This document shows positions 9,256 to 18,498 of a DNA stretch of 64,000 nt, one piece after another. The notes under the pieces were generated by a model. The model was not told where the DNA came from. It was given only the letters and a program-made list of their open reading frames with translations, and did no database searches. The DNA is from an uncultured Methanosarcinales archaeon (lineage in GTDB: Archaea; Nanobdellota; Nanobdellia; Woesearchaeales; CAYVYK01). The position numbers and the translations under genes are program-made. The DNA lies in the NCBI GenBank assembly GCA_964455675.1, contig CAYVYK010000002.1, positions 133,791 through 197,790 of the forward strand, in the 5' to 3' direction. Within the stretch, counting starts at the first letter, position 1. Each line of letters opens with the position of its first letter.

Positions 9256-10550
9256 GAAAATTGCAGTACCTCGGATGGGGCGGTATCATCGTACTATGCC
9301 TGATTCCAGTCGCATTGTTGTTGAATGGACCTGCGTCAGGGTATGATCTGACCTATGGCAATCTCACACACATTTTTGGCCAGATCGCCGCCCTTGTCGG
9401 CTTGACGTTATTTGCTCTTGCGCTTCTCCTTGCGACCCGTTTCCGGGGGTTTGAAGACCTATTTGGCGGGCTTGACAAGGTGTACCGTGTCCATGCGATT
9501 ATCGGAGCGTTGTCACTCTGCATGCTTCTTCTCCATCCGATACTGCTCGTGATAAAATTCATTCCAAGTGACATATCTCGTGCAGCGATCTATCTACTGC
9601 CTGGAACGTACTGGTCCGTAAATTTTGGTTTTATTGCTCTCTTTGGATTGCTCCTTCTCATATTCATAACATTATTTACAGGCGTCAGGTACAATTACTG
9701 GAAGATCAGCCACACATTTCTTGGTATTGTATTCATCATCGCAACATTCCACGTGCTCATGGTAAGTGACGCCGCCCGTGATCCTGGTATATTCCCAGGG
9801 TATTTCATCTTCGCGAGCGCCATGGCGATTCTTGGTATATCATCATTTTTGGTTGTTCTATGGAACAAGCTTGCGCCAGGGTATCAGTACCAGATTGAGT
9901 CTATTAAACACGTCGGCGATCACATCGTTGATATCAAGCTTCGACCCCTTGGTAAACCGATGAGGTACCATGCTGGGCAATTTGCCATGCTGGAATTTCG
10001 AAATGCTGGATTGCCGACGGAATATCATCCTTTCTCGATTGCATCAGCAACAGATGCGAAGGATATACGCTGCGTCATTAAGGATCTTGGTGATTACACA
10101 GCAGGCCTAACAGTATTGCAGCCGGGCGATCGAGTAGCAGTCAAGGGCCCGTTTGGCCGCTTTCCTTCCTCGAATGGATCTTCACACCAGATATGGATCG
10201 CTGGAGGGATTGGCATCACTCCGTTCCTCGGAATGGCCGAAGATTTGCTTGGTGGCAAGAATCAGAGGGGGAGGATTGATCTCTATTATTGCGTTGCTTC
10301 GGCCGATCAGCTCATATCGCTTGAGCGACTGCGCCAGATCGAACGGCAGACTCCTGGATTTCACATCATACCATGGGTGAGCTCAAAGCAAGGTCGCCTC
10401 ACGTTAAACGCCATCAAATCGCTGGACATGCGTGATCTAGAAGTTTTTTTGTGCGGTCCAGAAAGTCTTAAGAATGCAATGCGTGATGCTTTCAGATCCG
10501 CGGGATTGTCAAGGTCTCACATTCACGCGGAGGAGTTTAGTTTCCGATGA
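9252..10550 (+). CDS. Ferric-reductase-like TM domain fused to FAD/NAD(P)-binding (FNR-type) oxidoreductase
   Basis: About 6 TM with putative heme His residues (GLDKVYRVH, LLLHP, WKISH, TFH); HPFSIAS, GPFGRF, IAGGIGITPF, FLCGP, HAEEFSFR. Confidence 0.93.
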   Translation: MRKLQYLGWGGIIVLCLIPVALLLNGPASGYDLTYGNLTHIFGQIAALVGLTLFALALLLATRFRGFEDLFGGLDKVYRVHAIIGALSLCMLLLHPILLVIKFIPSDISRAAIYLLPGTYWSVNFGFIALFGLLLLIFITLFTGVRYNYWKISHTFLGIVFIIATFHVLMVSDAARDPGIFPGYFIFASAMAILGISSFLVVLWNKLAPGYQYQIESIKHVGDHIVDIKLRPLGKPMRYHAGQFAMLEFRNAGLPTEYHPFSIASATDAKDIRCVIKDLGDYTAGLTVLQPGDRVAVKGPFGRFPSSNGSSHQIWIAGGIGITPFLGMAEDLLGGKNQRGRIDLYYCVASADQLISLERLRQIERQTPGFHIIPWVSSKQGRLTLNAIKSLDMRDLEVFLCGPESLKNAMRDAFRSAGLSRSHIHAEEFSFR

Positions 10551-11098
10551 TAAAAGCGATTACTGCTGCGGCGATGATTATTTCAGCATTCCTCGTCGGT
10601 AGTATTATCCTCATGGCCTTTGTGAAGTCACCATTCTTCGAGATTGGTTTCTTTCTCCTAACGCTTGCCTTGTTTCTGCTAACGATAGAGCGTATGCATT
10701 CTCGGTTATCGTCTCGTTCGGATGTCTTGCTGCTGATCATCGGTGGATTGGCATTCTGCGCTGCGCTCACGCTGTTTGCTCATTCCACGAATACGTACTG
10801 GAGAACAGAGACAATAACCATGGATGTCGCAAACGGAGATCTCGAGGGTAGATTGGATACGCTTCGAAGGGAGCTGGCAAGTGAACAGATGAAGACTTCC
10901 GAGCTGCTCCGCACAAGATCATTGTTGCCAAATCCCTCGCTGACTCCATCACCGACTCCTCCACCAATAATAATCCCAGATCCGGCAATCACGCCTTCGC
11001 CTACTCCGATTGAATGGGAAGAGGAGGATGAATCGGACGAGGATGAGAAGGAAGAGGAGAATGAATCGGAGGAAAATGAGGAGGAAGACGATGAGTAA
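10547..11098 (+). CDS. Membrane protein with Pro/Thr linker and extremely acidic tail
   Basis: 3 TM, short coiled coil, PSPTP repeats, tail almost all E/D; ATGA overlap with the reductase stop. Confidence 0.75.
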   Translation: MIKAITAAAMIISAFLVGSIILMAFVKSPFFEIGFFLLTLALFLLTIERMHSRLSSRSDVLLLIIGGLAFCAALTLFAHSTNTYWRTETITMDVANGDLEGRLDTLRRELASEQMKTSELLRTRSLLPNPSLTPSPTPPPIIIPDPAITPSPTPIEWEEEDESDEDEKEEENESEENEEEDDE

Positions 11099-11459
11099 AT
11101 TGAGAGTGTATATCGCGATTGCCTTGGTGCTCCTTATCGGGGGATTTGTCGCAGCAGCGTTCTCGCTCGAGAGAATGACGGCAAAAAAACAGGCTCTTGT
11201 CATATCAACAATCATGCAACAAGAGGCGGTGCGTCAGAAGGATGAACAGTTGGCAAACGCCATCAGCGAGCTTAGCCTTCTGATCGAAGAGGAGAAGCAA
11301 CGCCAGCAACAGATTATGGAGGAAGCTGTACCTTCGTCACAGCCGACTCCTTCACCAGTGGTTGTTCCCTCACCAACCATGACGCCTTCTCAAGCTCCCA
11401 CAAGGACGCCAACACCGATACCGAGAACCCCCCGACCGACGACGACTCGTGCGTCTTAA
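11091..11459 (+). CDS. Single-TM stalk protein ending in TTTRAS (candidate ApbE substrate)
   Basis: Start MSKLRV overlaps the previous stop and follows GAGGAGG; TM, coiled coil, P/T-rich linker, then PTTTRAS*. Confidence 0.75.
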   Translation: MSKLRVYIAIALVLLIGGFVAAAFSLERMTAKKQALVISTIMQQEAVRQKDEQLANAISELSLLIEEEKQRQQQIMEEAVPSSQPTPSPVVVPSPTMTPSQAPTRTPTPIPRTPRPTTTRAS

Positions 11460-11494
11460 CAACATTTTTATGCTCACAGAATATCCGATTCTTT

Positions 11495-12509
11495 ATGGAA
11501 TTGCCTCCGATCGGTAACTTAAAGCCTGAACATCCGTTTTTCCTCGCTCCGATGGAGGCAGTGAACTGCGCGTCATTTCGTCTGCTCTGCAGAATGCGTG
11601 GCGCGGCAGTTGTGTATACGCCGATGATTGACGCGGATCATTTCTGCCACATCCAGGATACCGAGAATACGAAAGCTGCGGTGCAGCGCCTCGTAAATCC
11701 GCAAACTGATGAGCAGCCGCTTGCAATCCAACTTGGCGGTTCAAAATCTGATTTTCTATGCAGGGCAGCAGAAGCTCTGCAAAAGCACGCGGCCATCATC
11801 GACCTGAATGCCGGGTGTCCGACGTCCGAGATCTTGGGACGCAAGGGCGGCGCGTACCTTGTGAAGCATCCTAATATGCTTGAGAAGCTCGCAACTGACC
11901 TGCGCGCGGCCGTGAAGATTCCTTTTACTGTGAAGATTCGCTCCGGATGGGACGAGGCATCGGTGAATGCGCTCGAGACAGCAAAGATGCTTGAGAGAAT
12001 TGGCGTGGATGCGATCGCGTTCCATCCGAGAACGAGGGCACAGAAGTACCGTGACCGAGCGGACTGGGTGCTTGCAAGGAAAGTGAAGTCTTCGCTGCAT
12101 ATTCCTGTTATNNNNNNNNNNTATTCTTTCAGGTGACGTAACAAATGTGTATATGGCGCACATGGCATTCGCCCACACAAAGTGTGATTATATCATGTGC
12201 GCTCGCGGCGCGAAGGCAAACCCTTCCCTTTTTTCTCATCTTGCGAGCTACTGGAAGAATCCTCTCCAGCCAAGGAAACCAGAAAAGCTCTATGGCAAGA
12301 CAACGGAAGAATCCCGCAAGGACTTTTTCGACTTTCTGGATTTGTACAGGAAGCGTGAAGAACGGTTTGAGTTCTCAGAGCTTCGCGACCATGCGTTGTG
12401 GACAGCGACAGAATGCGTTGGGAATAAGCGCATCACCCAGGAGATTCTTGCGTCAACGAGTGTTGAACAGCTATCCTCCATATTCAGTGCGATGAGATTC
12501 GCTCCGTGA
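11495..12509 (+). CDS. dus: tRNA-dihydrouridine synthase (Dus), interrupted by an assembly gap
   Basis: LAPME, IQLGG, IDLNAGCP, TVKIRSGW, FHPRT, MCARGA. Joining the gap flanks on their shared TAT gives in-frame IPVILSGDV. Confidence 0.9.
12112..12121. other. Assembly gap (10 N)
   Basis: Run of N in the sequence. Confidence 0.99.
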
Positions 12510-12552
12510 ACCTCCTGTAGGTTTATATAGGATAACGTTCCAGGATTCTTGC

Positions 12553-12927
12553 ATGGAGACTGTGGAGATTGTAGTATACATTATTGTTGCGCTCATCGCA
12601 GGTTCAATGATCCTGTATGTGTTGACCACAGTAAGAACTGATCGCAATCTAGCGGGCGATACTCAGTTCTCGTTTACTGAAGAGGAGTTTTACCCGAAGT
12701 TGATCACGCTCTGGAAGGAGTGCGGTCTTGGGACGCGGAACGCGACATACAGAGTGCATGTCAAGTCTGGATCAAACATCACAAAAGAGGAGGTCTTGCA
12801 GTACTTGCGCAAGTACAACCAGGAAGACCTGCTGAAAGAGGAAAATTTAAATATGTCGGATATGGATATACCTACCATTATACAGATTCGTTGCAAGGCA
12901 CACACGTTGACGCTATCAGGAGGATAG
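12553..12927 (+). CDS. Pilin-like protein (N-terminal hydrophobic helix)
   Basis: METVEIVVYIIVALIAGS plus a small Cys-containing domain; first of six tightly packed similar genes. Confidence 0.6.
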   Translation: METVEIVVYIIVALIAGSMILYVLTTVRTDRNLAGDTQFSFTEEEFYPKLITLWKECGLGTRNATYRVHVKSGSNITKEEVLQYLRKYNQEDLLKEENLNMSDMDIPTIIQIRCKAHTLTLSGG

Positions 12928-12931
12928 GAAC

Positions 12932-13315
12932 TTGGAATTACCGATACAGGTAGCAGTTGTTCTGCTGGTTACGGTTGCGGTAGCGGGAGCAGTTGTGTAT
13001 TTCTCTACAAGTGTCATCAGCGATGCGCAAAAGGAGATTCAGGAACCCTGGAAAGAGGAAAATCCCGAGCTCGTCATTGAGGTTGCGGACATCACGGATA
13101 ACGGCCTCAAGATTCTCGTGGAAGAGTGTTATCAGAGGAATGAACAGGAAGCGCTTTCCAAGGAATTGTGTTTTGTGGTGCATGGCCAGGCAAACCATGT
13201 AACTTTGGTATCAGGAATGATTAGCGGCATCAATGTCGAAGTTATTAATCCAGTCGGCAACACGCTTTACGTGTACTATGATCCTGCCGGCAGCAAGATT
13301 CAGATTACGAGTTAA
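12932..13315 (+). CDS. Pilin-like protein
   Basis: TTG start after GGAGG; MELPIQVAVVLLVTVAVAG. Confidence 0.65.
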   Translation: MELPIQVAVVLLVTVAVAGAVVYFSTSVISDAQKEIQEPWKEENPELVIEVADITDNGLKILVEECYQRNEQEALSKELCFVVHGQANHVTLVSGMISGINVEVINPVGNTLYVYYDPAGSKIQITS

Positions 13316-13331
13316 GAAAAGAGGTGATTGG

Positions 13332-13994
13332 ATGTACAAGTTGATCAGGCATCGGAGGGGTACTGACAAGCCCATCGAGATTTTCATCGCGCTGTTTATC
13401 ATTCTGGCTGTAGCGATGGTCATTTTGAAGATGTTTTCTGGACAGATCCAAGATAAGACTAAGGAGCTCCAGAAACTTGAGCAGAGGGAAAAATTCCAGC
13501 AGGCTCGAGGTGACGCCCAGCGTGAGTGTGAGGAAATCTGTACGATCTCGCTGCAGAACGACTGTGGCCTCCAGCAAAAGGCGCAGTATTGTCAGCATAA
13601 ACTCCAAACAGGGCTTGATATTGATCAGGACGGTGATTATTCCAGTTTCTCGCTTGACATGCTCGGTGGTATAGGTATTTGTGAAAGTGATATCTACTGC
13701 CCGTACGTTTCTGAGTGCAACTGCAAGGGTGACATGAGCATGAGCAATTGCGTTGATGTTCTCTGGCAGTTCTACAGGAGTGAAGATTATATGGGTTTGA
13801 AGTTCGACCAAGCCTGTGATCTGTTATACAAGCGTATCTATGGTAGTGAATGCAAGACACAGCTTGACGTCGGAGAGACCGCGTGGTGGACTGCGATTTA
13901 TAGAAAGATCGGCACCAAGAACAATGGAACCATGTCGTGCTTCCATCACTGCACGAACTCCTCGACCCTTCCTGACGATCAGTGTGTTAACTAA
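13332..13994 (+). CDS. Cys-rich class III signal peptide (pilin-like) protein
   Basis: GAGGTGA RBS; MYKLIRHRRG|TDKPIEIFIALFIILAVAMVIL with E in the hydrophobic helix. Confidence 0.75.
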   Translation: MYKLIRHRRGTDKPIEIFIALFIILAVAMVILKMFSGQIQDKTKELQKLEQREKFQQARGDAQRECEEICTISLQNDCGLQQKAQYCQHKLQTGLDIDQDGDYSSFSLDMLGGIGICESDIYCPYVSECNCKGDMSMSNCVDVLWQFYRSEDYMGLKFDQACDLLYKRIYGSECKTQLDVGETAWWTAIYRKIGTKNNGTMSCFHHCTNSSTLPDDQCVN

Positions 13995-13996
13995 GC

Positions 13997-14428
13997 ATGG
14001 AGCAGGCAGTCTGGGTGTACTTTGGTGTAGTCACGGTCATCCTTGCGTTCGGCATTGTCGGCAAGCTGATCATTGACTACCAGCATCAGCAGAAAGAGAG
14101 ACTTCTTGAGCCTGCGCTCCAGCGCCTTCAAGGTCAGTGCAATTTCGTCTGTGACTCGGCGATAGACACAAGGCTATCAGCTGACGTCGAACTTCCCTCA
14201 GGGGTAGTAATCACGACAGTCAATTCAGGGGTTGGAGGTAAGATTTGTGGTGATTATGGGGTTACTCGGCGTTGTCTTGTGTGCAACTGCCTTCTTGAGG
14301 ATTCCTTGGGAGGTGATTTTTCGCTGAACCTGAACACGACGACAGCGTTCCAGACATTCAGCACTCATGTGTATTCATGCTGGTTTACGAGGCTAGGGGA
14401 TGGCGCAAGGATTGAATGCCAAGGGTGA
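13997..14428 (+). CDS. Pilin-like Cys-rich protein
   Basis: MEQAVWVYFGVVTVILAFG; operonic spacing. Confidence 0.6.
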   Translation: MEQAVWVYFGVVTVILAFGIVGKLIIDYQHQQKERLLEPALQRLQGQCNFVCDSAIDTRLSADVELPSGVVITTVNSGVGGKICGDYGVTRRCLVCNCLLEDSLGGDFSLNLNTTTAFQTFSTHVYSCWFTRLGDGARIECQG

Positions 14429-14798
14429 AACGCCAACCGCCATCGTCATGTGGATTGGTAGTATTATGGCTGTTCTCATCATGGTGCTCTGGATCGGTAG
14501 GAATACCTATCCTTCGCACCAAGAGATCATGATGATCAACCAGGATCTGGAGGACCTTCAGTATCACATGAGTGATGCATGCTCAAGCTATACCATAGAC
14601 CTGGCATTTAATCCGAGGACTGAGCAGGGATACCTTATTCTGAACGGTAGTGTTGCTTGCATGAACACCTCGCACTTCCACCGCTGCAAATCCTTGATTT
14701 GTTCAGGAGGGTATCAGGCGTTTGATCTTGGAAATATGACCGAGCTTCGCATTACGCGTCCCCCAAATGGAACCGTGAGTTTTCGGGCGATCCCATGA
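14400..14798 (+). CDS. Class III signal peptide (pilin-like) protein
   Basis: NAKG|ETPTAIVMWIGSIMAVLIMVLW. Confidence 0.65.
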   Translation: MAQGLNAKGETPTAIVMWIGSIMAVLIMVLWIGRNTYPSHQEIMMINQDLEDLQYHMSDACSSYTIDLAFNPRTEQGYLILNGSVACMNTSHFHRCKSLICSGGYQAFDLGNMTELRITRPPNGTVSFRAIP

Positions 14799-15220
14799 GC
14801 AAGGGAATTTATGGAATCATGACGACATTTTTCTTCATTATCATGGCACTCATTGTCGCACTTGGTGTCGTCTATTACAATGTGATGATCGGAAGGATGA
14901 GCACGGATTTTGACAATGGGCTCGAGAAATATGTCCATGCGCAGAATGTACGTGACTCGCTCTTCTATTGCTATGGCGACGTTCTTGATGAACAGTTAGT
15001 GCAGATCGGGCAGTGCAGGAATGGGCAGATGGTGAACATCTCGCAGGATATTGCCAAAGGATACAGGATTCGAAGGCTGCCATTGCAGGGTTGCCCAGCG
15101 GCAAACTGGACGAATCCCTCATCGATTCCGCAGAAATACCGCGAGCAGTTCGTGTTTGCGGTGCCCGTGACGCATAATGCAACGCACTCTTGTCTGGGAT
15201 TACTAGAGGTCTATATCTGA
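14795..15220 (+). CDS. Class III signal peptide (pilin-like) protein
   Basis: MSKG|IYGIMTTFFFIIMALIVALG. Confidence 0.7.
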   Translation: MSKGIYGIMTTFFFIIMALIVALGVVYYNVMIGRMSTDFDNGLEKYVHAQNVRDSLFYCYGDVLDEQLVQIGQCRNGQMVNISQDIAKGYRIRRLPLQGCPAANWTNPSSIPQKYREQFVFAVPVTHNATHSCLGLLEVYI

Positions 15221-15281
15221 AATTGATTATATCCTCGTATTGAGGTTATCCGTATATGACATGTGCCACATTGCACGATTC

Positions 15282-15914
15282 CTAGTGCTTCTTTCTGCGC
15301 CGATGCATAAAATGCCGGTAACTCAAGAAGACGCATGCCGCAACGAGAAGCAGTGCAACTGCAATGGACAAAGGCTCAGTATAATGCCGCACGAGGTCCC
15401 AGTTCTTGCCGAGAAGGTATCCGAGGTATGCAAGGAATGTGTTCCACGCTGTTGCGCCAATGACGGTGTACGCGCTGAACTTGAGGAGGTCCATTTTTCC
15501 AATCCCTGCGGGGATCGATATAAGGTGGCGGACAACGGGGATGAGTCTCCCGATCAGAATGGTGATTTCTCCCCTCTTCATAAACCACTGTTCAGTCTTC
15601 CGCAGGTCCTCTTCATCAAGGAGCAGGTATTTTCCGAATCGTGTGACGAGCCTGTTGCCGCCAAAGTAACCGATATAGTATGACAAGAGTGACCCAACGA
15701 GACTGCCGAGCGTGCTTGCTATGATCACGAAGAGCATGCTTAATTCACCCCGTGATGCAGCAAATCCAGCAAATGGCATGACAAGTTCAGAGGGCATTGG
15801 GAAAATCATGCTCTCGAGGACCATGAGGATGAAGACGCCTGCGTACCCCATTTGAGTGATCAGATCTATGGAGAACGATCCTATCATCCCGAGTATTCCA
15901 GCGATAGCTGACAT
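15282..15914 (-). CDS. dedA: DedA family membrane protein
   Basis: LESMIFPMPSELVMPFAG, GRLIPVVRHLISIPAG. Confidence 0.93.
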   Translation of the reverse strand: MSAIAGILGMIGSFSIDLITQMGYAGVFILMVLESMIFPMPSELVMPFAGFAASRGELSMLFVIIASTLGSLVGSLLSYYIGYFGGNRLVTRFGKYLLLDEEDLRKTEQWFMKRGEITILIGRLIPVVRHLISIPAGIGKMDLLKFSAYTVIGATAWNTFLAYLGYLLGKNWDLVRHYTEPLSIAVALLLVAACVFLSYRHFMHRRRKKH

Positions 15915-16058
15915 AGGCTGGACCTGTTGCTTCTGGATATATATTACTTTCCCATTGAGAGATCAGTACGGAAAATTACGCGTTCCCTCCCCCCGACGCT
16001 ATGCGCGCTCTAGAAAAATCTTTATAGTCTCATGGTGTGGATGAAGGTAAAGAGGTGT

Positions 16059-16826
16059 ATGATGGATATCTTTGGGTATGCGTTAACGACAGTGATCATT
16101 TTCGTAGTCCTTGCCATGCTCCTCATGTTCATCATCAAGAGTATCCTCAAGGTTGTCGCGATCCTTATCATACTCGTGAGCGTTTTCCTTTTTGTTGGAG
16201 GATACCTCACGTATACGGATGCGCAGCGACTGTCAGAGGACATCAAAACCATGCCAAAACTTTTCCTGCTGGACATTGATGGTTACCTTGTGGCAGGCGC
16301 AGAGATTAGCTCCCTTTCCATGGTCAAGATTGGTACTGAATCATCACTGTCTCAGGTTGAACTCCAAAATCTGAGTGTAGCGTACATGAAAGAAGATTGG
16401 GATGGGATGACAAATGAGAAACGCCAAGTCTTCATCTATTCAAAGGACGCGTTTACTGATCTTCCGAACGATATTGTGATTGATAATCTTATGGGTAGGT
16501 ATGTGCTGTCACGTGATTTTGCATTTGGAATGATCGAGTCTCGTGATCCTGTGGGATTGTACGCTATTGACTATAATCTGCGAAGGAATCTGACAGGTGA
16601 GGAGGCAGCAATATCGACGGAGCGGATTCGCACACTCTATGCAGATTCGGCAGAGTTTAAGGGTATGATTTTTATGGCGCTGCTGAATGAGCTGTTCAAA
16701 GGTCAGCATCATGTATTCCTTGAATACAAACGAGGCACGGTGCAAATCTATCCCGAGACGATTGCGTTGAAGTTACTGAAGCTGTTTCCGAGTAGCATTG
16801 TGGAAAAATTAGGCGTGGTGGTATGA
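16059..16826 (+). CDS. Hypothetical membrane-anchored protein
   Basis: Two N-terminal TM helices and a soluble domain; GAGGTG RBS. Confidence 0.7.
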   Translation: MMDIFGYALTTVIIFVVLAMLLMFIIKSILKVVAILIILVSVFLFVGGYLTYTDAQRLSEDIKTMPKLFLLDIDGYLVAGAEISSLSMVKIGTESSLSQVELQNLSVAYMKEDWDGMTNEKRQVFIYSKDAFTDLPNDIVIDNLMGRYVLSRDFAFGMIESRDPVGLYAIDYNLRRNLTGEEAAISTERIRTLYADSAEFKGMIFMALLNELFKGQHHVFLEYKRGTVQIYPETIALKLLKLFPSSIVEKLGVVV

Positions 16827-17227
16827 TGGCAATCAAGGACAAGCTAATGTTTTGGAAAAAAACTGATGAGGGCGCTGATACCCCTCCTCCGCCAAGCGAT
16901 TGGAATCAGGGGTATGGTCTTGAGAATGATCCATATGCCGATCCTTTCGGGCAGCAGGAAATGCCTAGTGGCATGGGTTTCAAGCGTGAGGCAGCATACC
17001 CGCAGCAGAATCAACAGTATCCATCAAATCCGCCGTTTCAGGGAGGATACGCTCAACCTTCACCGCCGTTTGGGGGACGTGTCCAGCAGTTCGAACCGGC
17101 GAGTAACGATCGGAATATGGACTTGCTGATTAGCAAACTTGACCAGATCAAGCTCGTTTTGGAGTCCATAAATTCCCGTCTGCAGAACATTGAGCGCGGT
17201 CTTCACGAGTCTGATAAGCGATGGTAG
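16823..17227 (+). CDS. Hypothetical P/Q-rich protein with C-terminal coiled coil
   Basis: Overlaps both neighbours; ends DLLISKLDQIKLVLESINSRLQNIE. Confidence 0.7.
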   Translation: MMAIKDKLMFWKKTDEGADTPPPPSDWNQGYGLENDPYADPFGQQEMPSGMGFKREAAYPQQNQQYPSNPPFQGGYAQPSPPFGGRVQQFEPASNDRNMDLLISKLDQIKLVLESINSRLQNIERGLHESDKRW

Positions 17228-17682
17228 TCTTCTGGGACAAGAGAAGGTATCAGTATCTGCTGCTTGTTGTATGTGCAGTTGTGCTTGTTGACCAGAGTGT
17301 TAAGTATCTGGTTCGAGGTATGTCAGGGCCTGTTGACATTATTCCGGGCATTCTTGAGTTCACGTTCGTGCAAAATACTGGCACGTTGTGGGGCTTGTTT
17401 CCGAATACAAATATGCTGTTTGTCATTGTGTCCATCATGATCCTTAGTGTCGTCGTTGCCCTTCATAAGAGCCTCGCAAATGACACATGGAGCTTCGTAG
17501 GATTCTCCCTTGTCACCGGAGGGGCTCTTGGCAATATCATTGACAGGATCGCGCACGGTTTCGTGACTGATTTTATTAATGTCCACGTCTGGCCTGTGTT
17601 TAACCTCGCGGATAGTTGCATCACAGTCGGGGTAGTGTTTCTTGCGTATTCGATGTTGCGGGAAGAGTTTCAGAAGCGCTAG
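17221..17682 (+). CDS. lspA: Lipoprotein signal peptidase (signal peptidase II)
   Basis: VDQSVK, NTGTLWG, GGALGNIIDR, GFVTDFI, WPVFNLADSCI. Confidence 0.93.
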   Translation: MVVFWDKRRYQYLLLVVCAVVLVDQSVKYLVRGMSGPVDIIPGILEFTFVQNTGTLWGLFPNTNMLFVIVSIMILSVVVALHKSLANDTWSFVGFSLVTGGALGNIIDRIAHGFVTDFINVHVWPVFNLADSCITVGVVFLAYSMLREEFQKR

Positions 17683-17723
17683 CAGTACGAAGATTTTTAG
17701 CTTGCCTCGCGCTCGCGAACGGC

Positions 17724-18425
17724 ATGCATCGTGTAAACTGGATCTATGATATGAGTTATCATGTGGTAAAGGCGGCATTTCCCTGTTTTCTCGATCGTCG
17801 CTATGAGGATGCCGAGAACATTCCGAGGAATGGTCCGGTTATTATCCTTCCAAAACATCAATCGAATGTTGATATCCTTGTGGAGGGACTCATGCTGTAT
17901 GAAACCGCAGGGAGAAGAGGTTACTGGGTCATGAAGGACAAGCTCCCTGCCGCTTTGGGATTGATTGGTGGTATCAAGATCAAACGCCCCTCAGACCTCT
18001 ATCACATCCGCAACCGGAGCAAGAGGAAGCGCGCCGCCGAGGAGATGGATACGTACAACGCACGCGCGTTCCAGTTCATCCGGAACATGCTTCGGAACGG
18101 TGAACCTATCGTCATTCATCCCGAGGGAACTCGAAGCATGGGAAGGATGCGTCAACTAAAGTCTGAGTTGATCGGATATGCGACACAATGGGAGCGAGAT
18201 GATGGACTTATCATTCCCGTCGTTCCGATGGGGATAGAGTACCAGGAAAAAACAGTGATAGCTCGCGTAGGTCCTTCCCTTTTTCTTCGTCAGCAGGATT
18301 TGATGGGCGTAGTTGCTGAGGAGATAGCGAAATTGTCAGGCATTTCCCGGGAAACTGAACCGGGTCTACCCGACAAATGCGTGGAATGCGATCCAGCTTG
18401 CAGCGCCTACCACGATGATGAATAG
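17724..18425 (+). CDS. Lysophospholipid/glycerolipid acyltransferase (PlsC family)
   Basis: ENIPRNGPVII, HxxxxD motif KHQSNVD, HPEGTRS, IPVVPMGI; start uncertain. Confidence 0.85.
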   Translation: MHRVNWIYDMSYHVVKAAFPCFLDRRYEDAENIPRNGPVIILPKHQSNVDILVEGLMLYETAGRRGYWVMKDKLPAALGLIGGIKIKRPSDLYHIRNRSKRKRAAEEMDTYNARAFQFIRNMLRNGEPIVIHPEGTRSMGRMRQLKSELIGYATQWERDDGLIIPVVPMGIEYQEKTVIARVGPSLFLRQQDLMGVVAEEIAKLSGISRETEPGLPDKCVECDPACSAYHDDE

Positions 18426-18473
18426 GGCCATGAGGATGTGTTCATGATATTTGGCGACGATTACTTCTGCCAT
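18366..18473 (-). CDS. 35-aa single-TM peptide (below ORF track cutoff)
   Basis: MAEVIVAKYHEHILMALFIIVVGAASWIAFHAFVG*, with GAGG RBS and TTTAAAT upstream. Confidence 0.55.
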   Translation of the reverse strand: MAEVIVAKYHEHILMALFIIVVGAASWIAFHAFVG

Positions 18474-18498
18474 AGGTGAACCTCGTTAAACCAACGAC

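Noticed and set aside
11495..12509. Split or frameshifted dus pseudogene
   Set aside because: The break coincides with the N gap, and the flanks overlap by TAT to restore the frame (IPVILSGDV).
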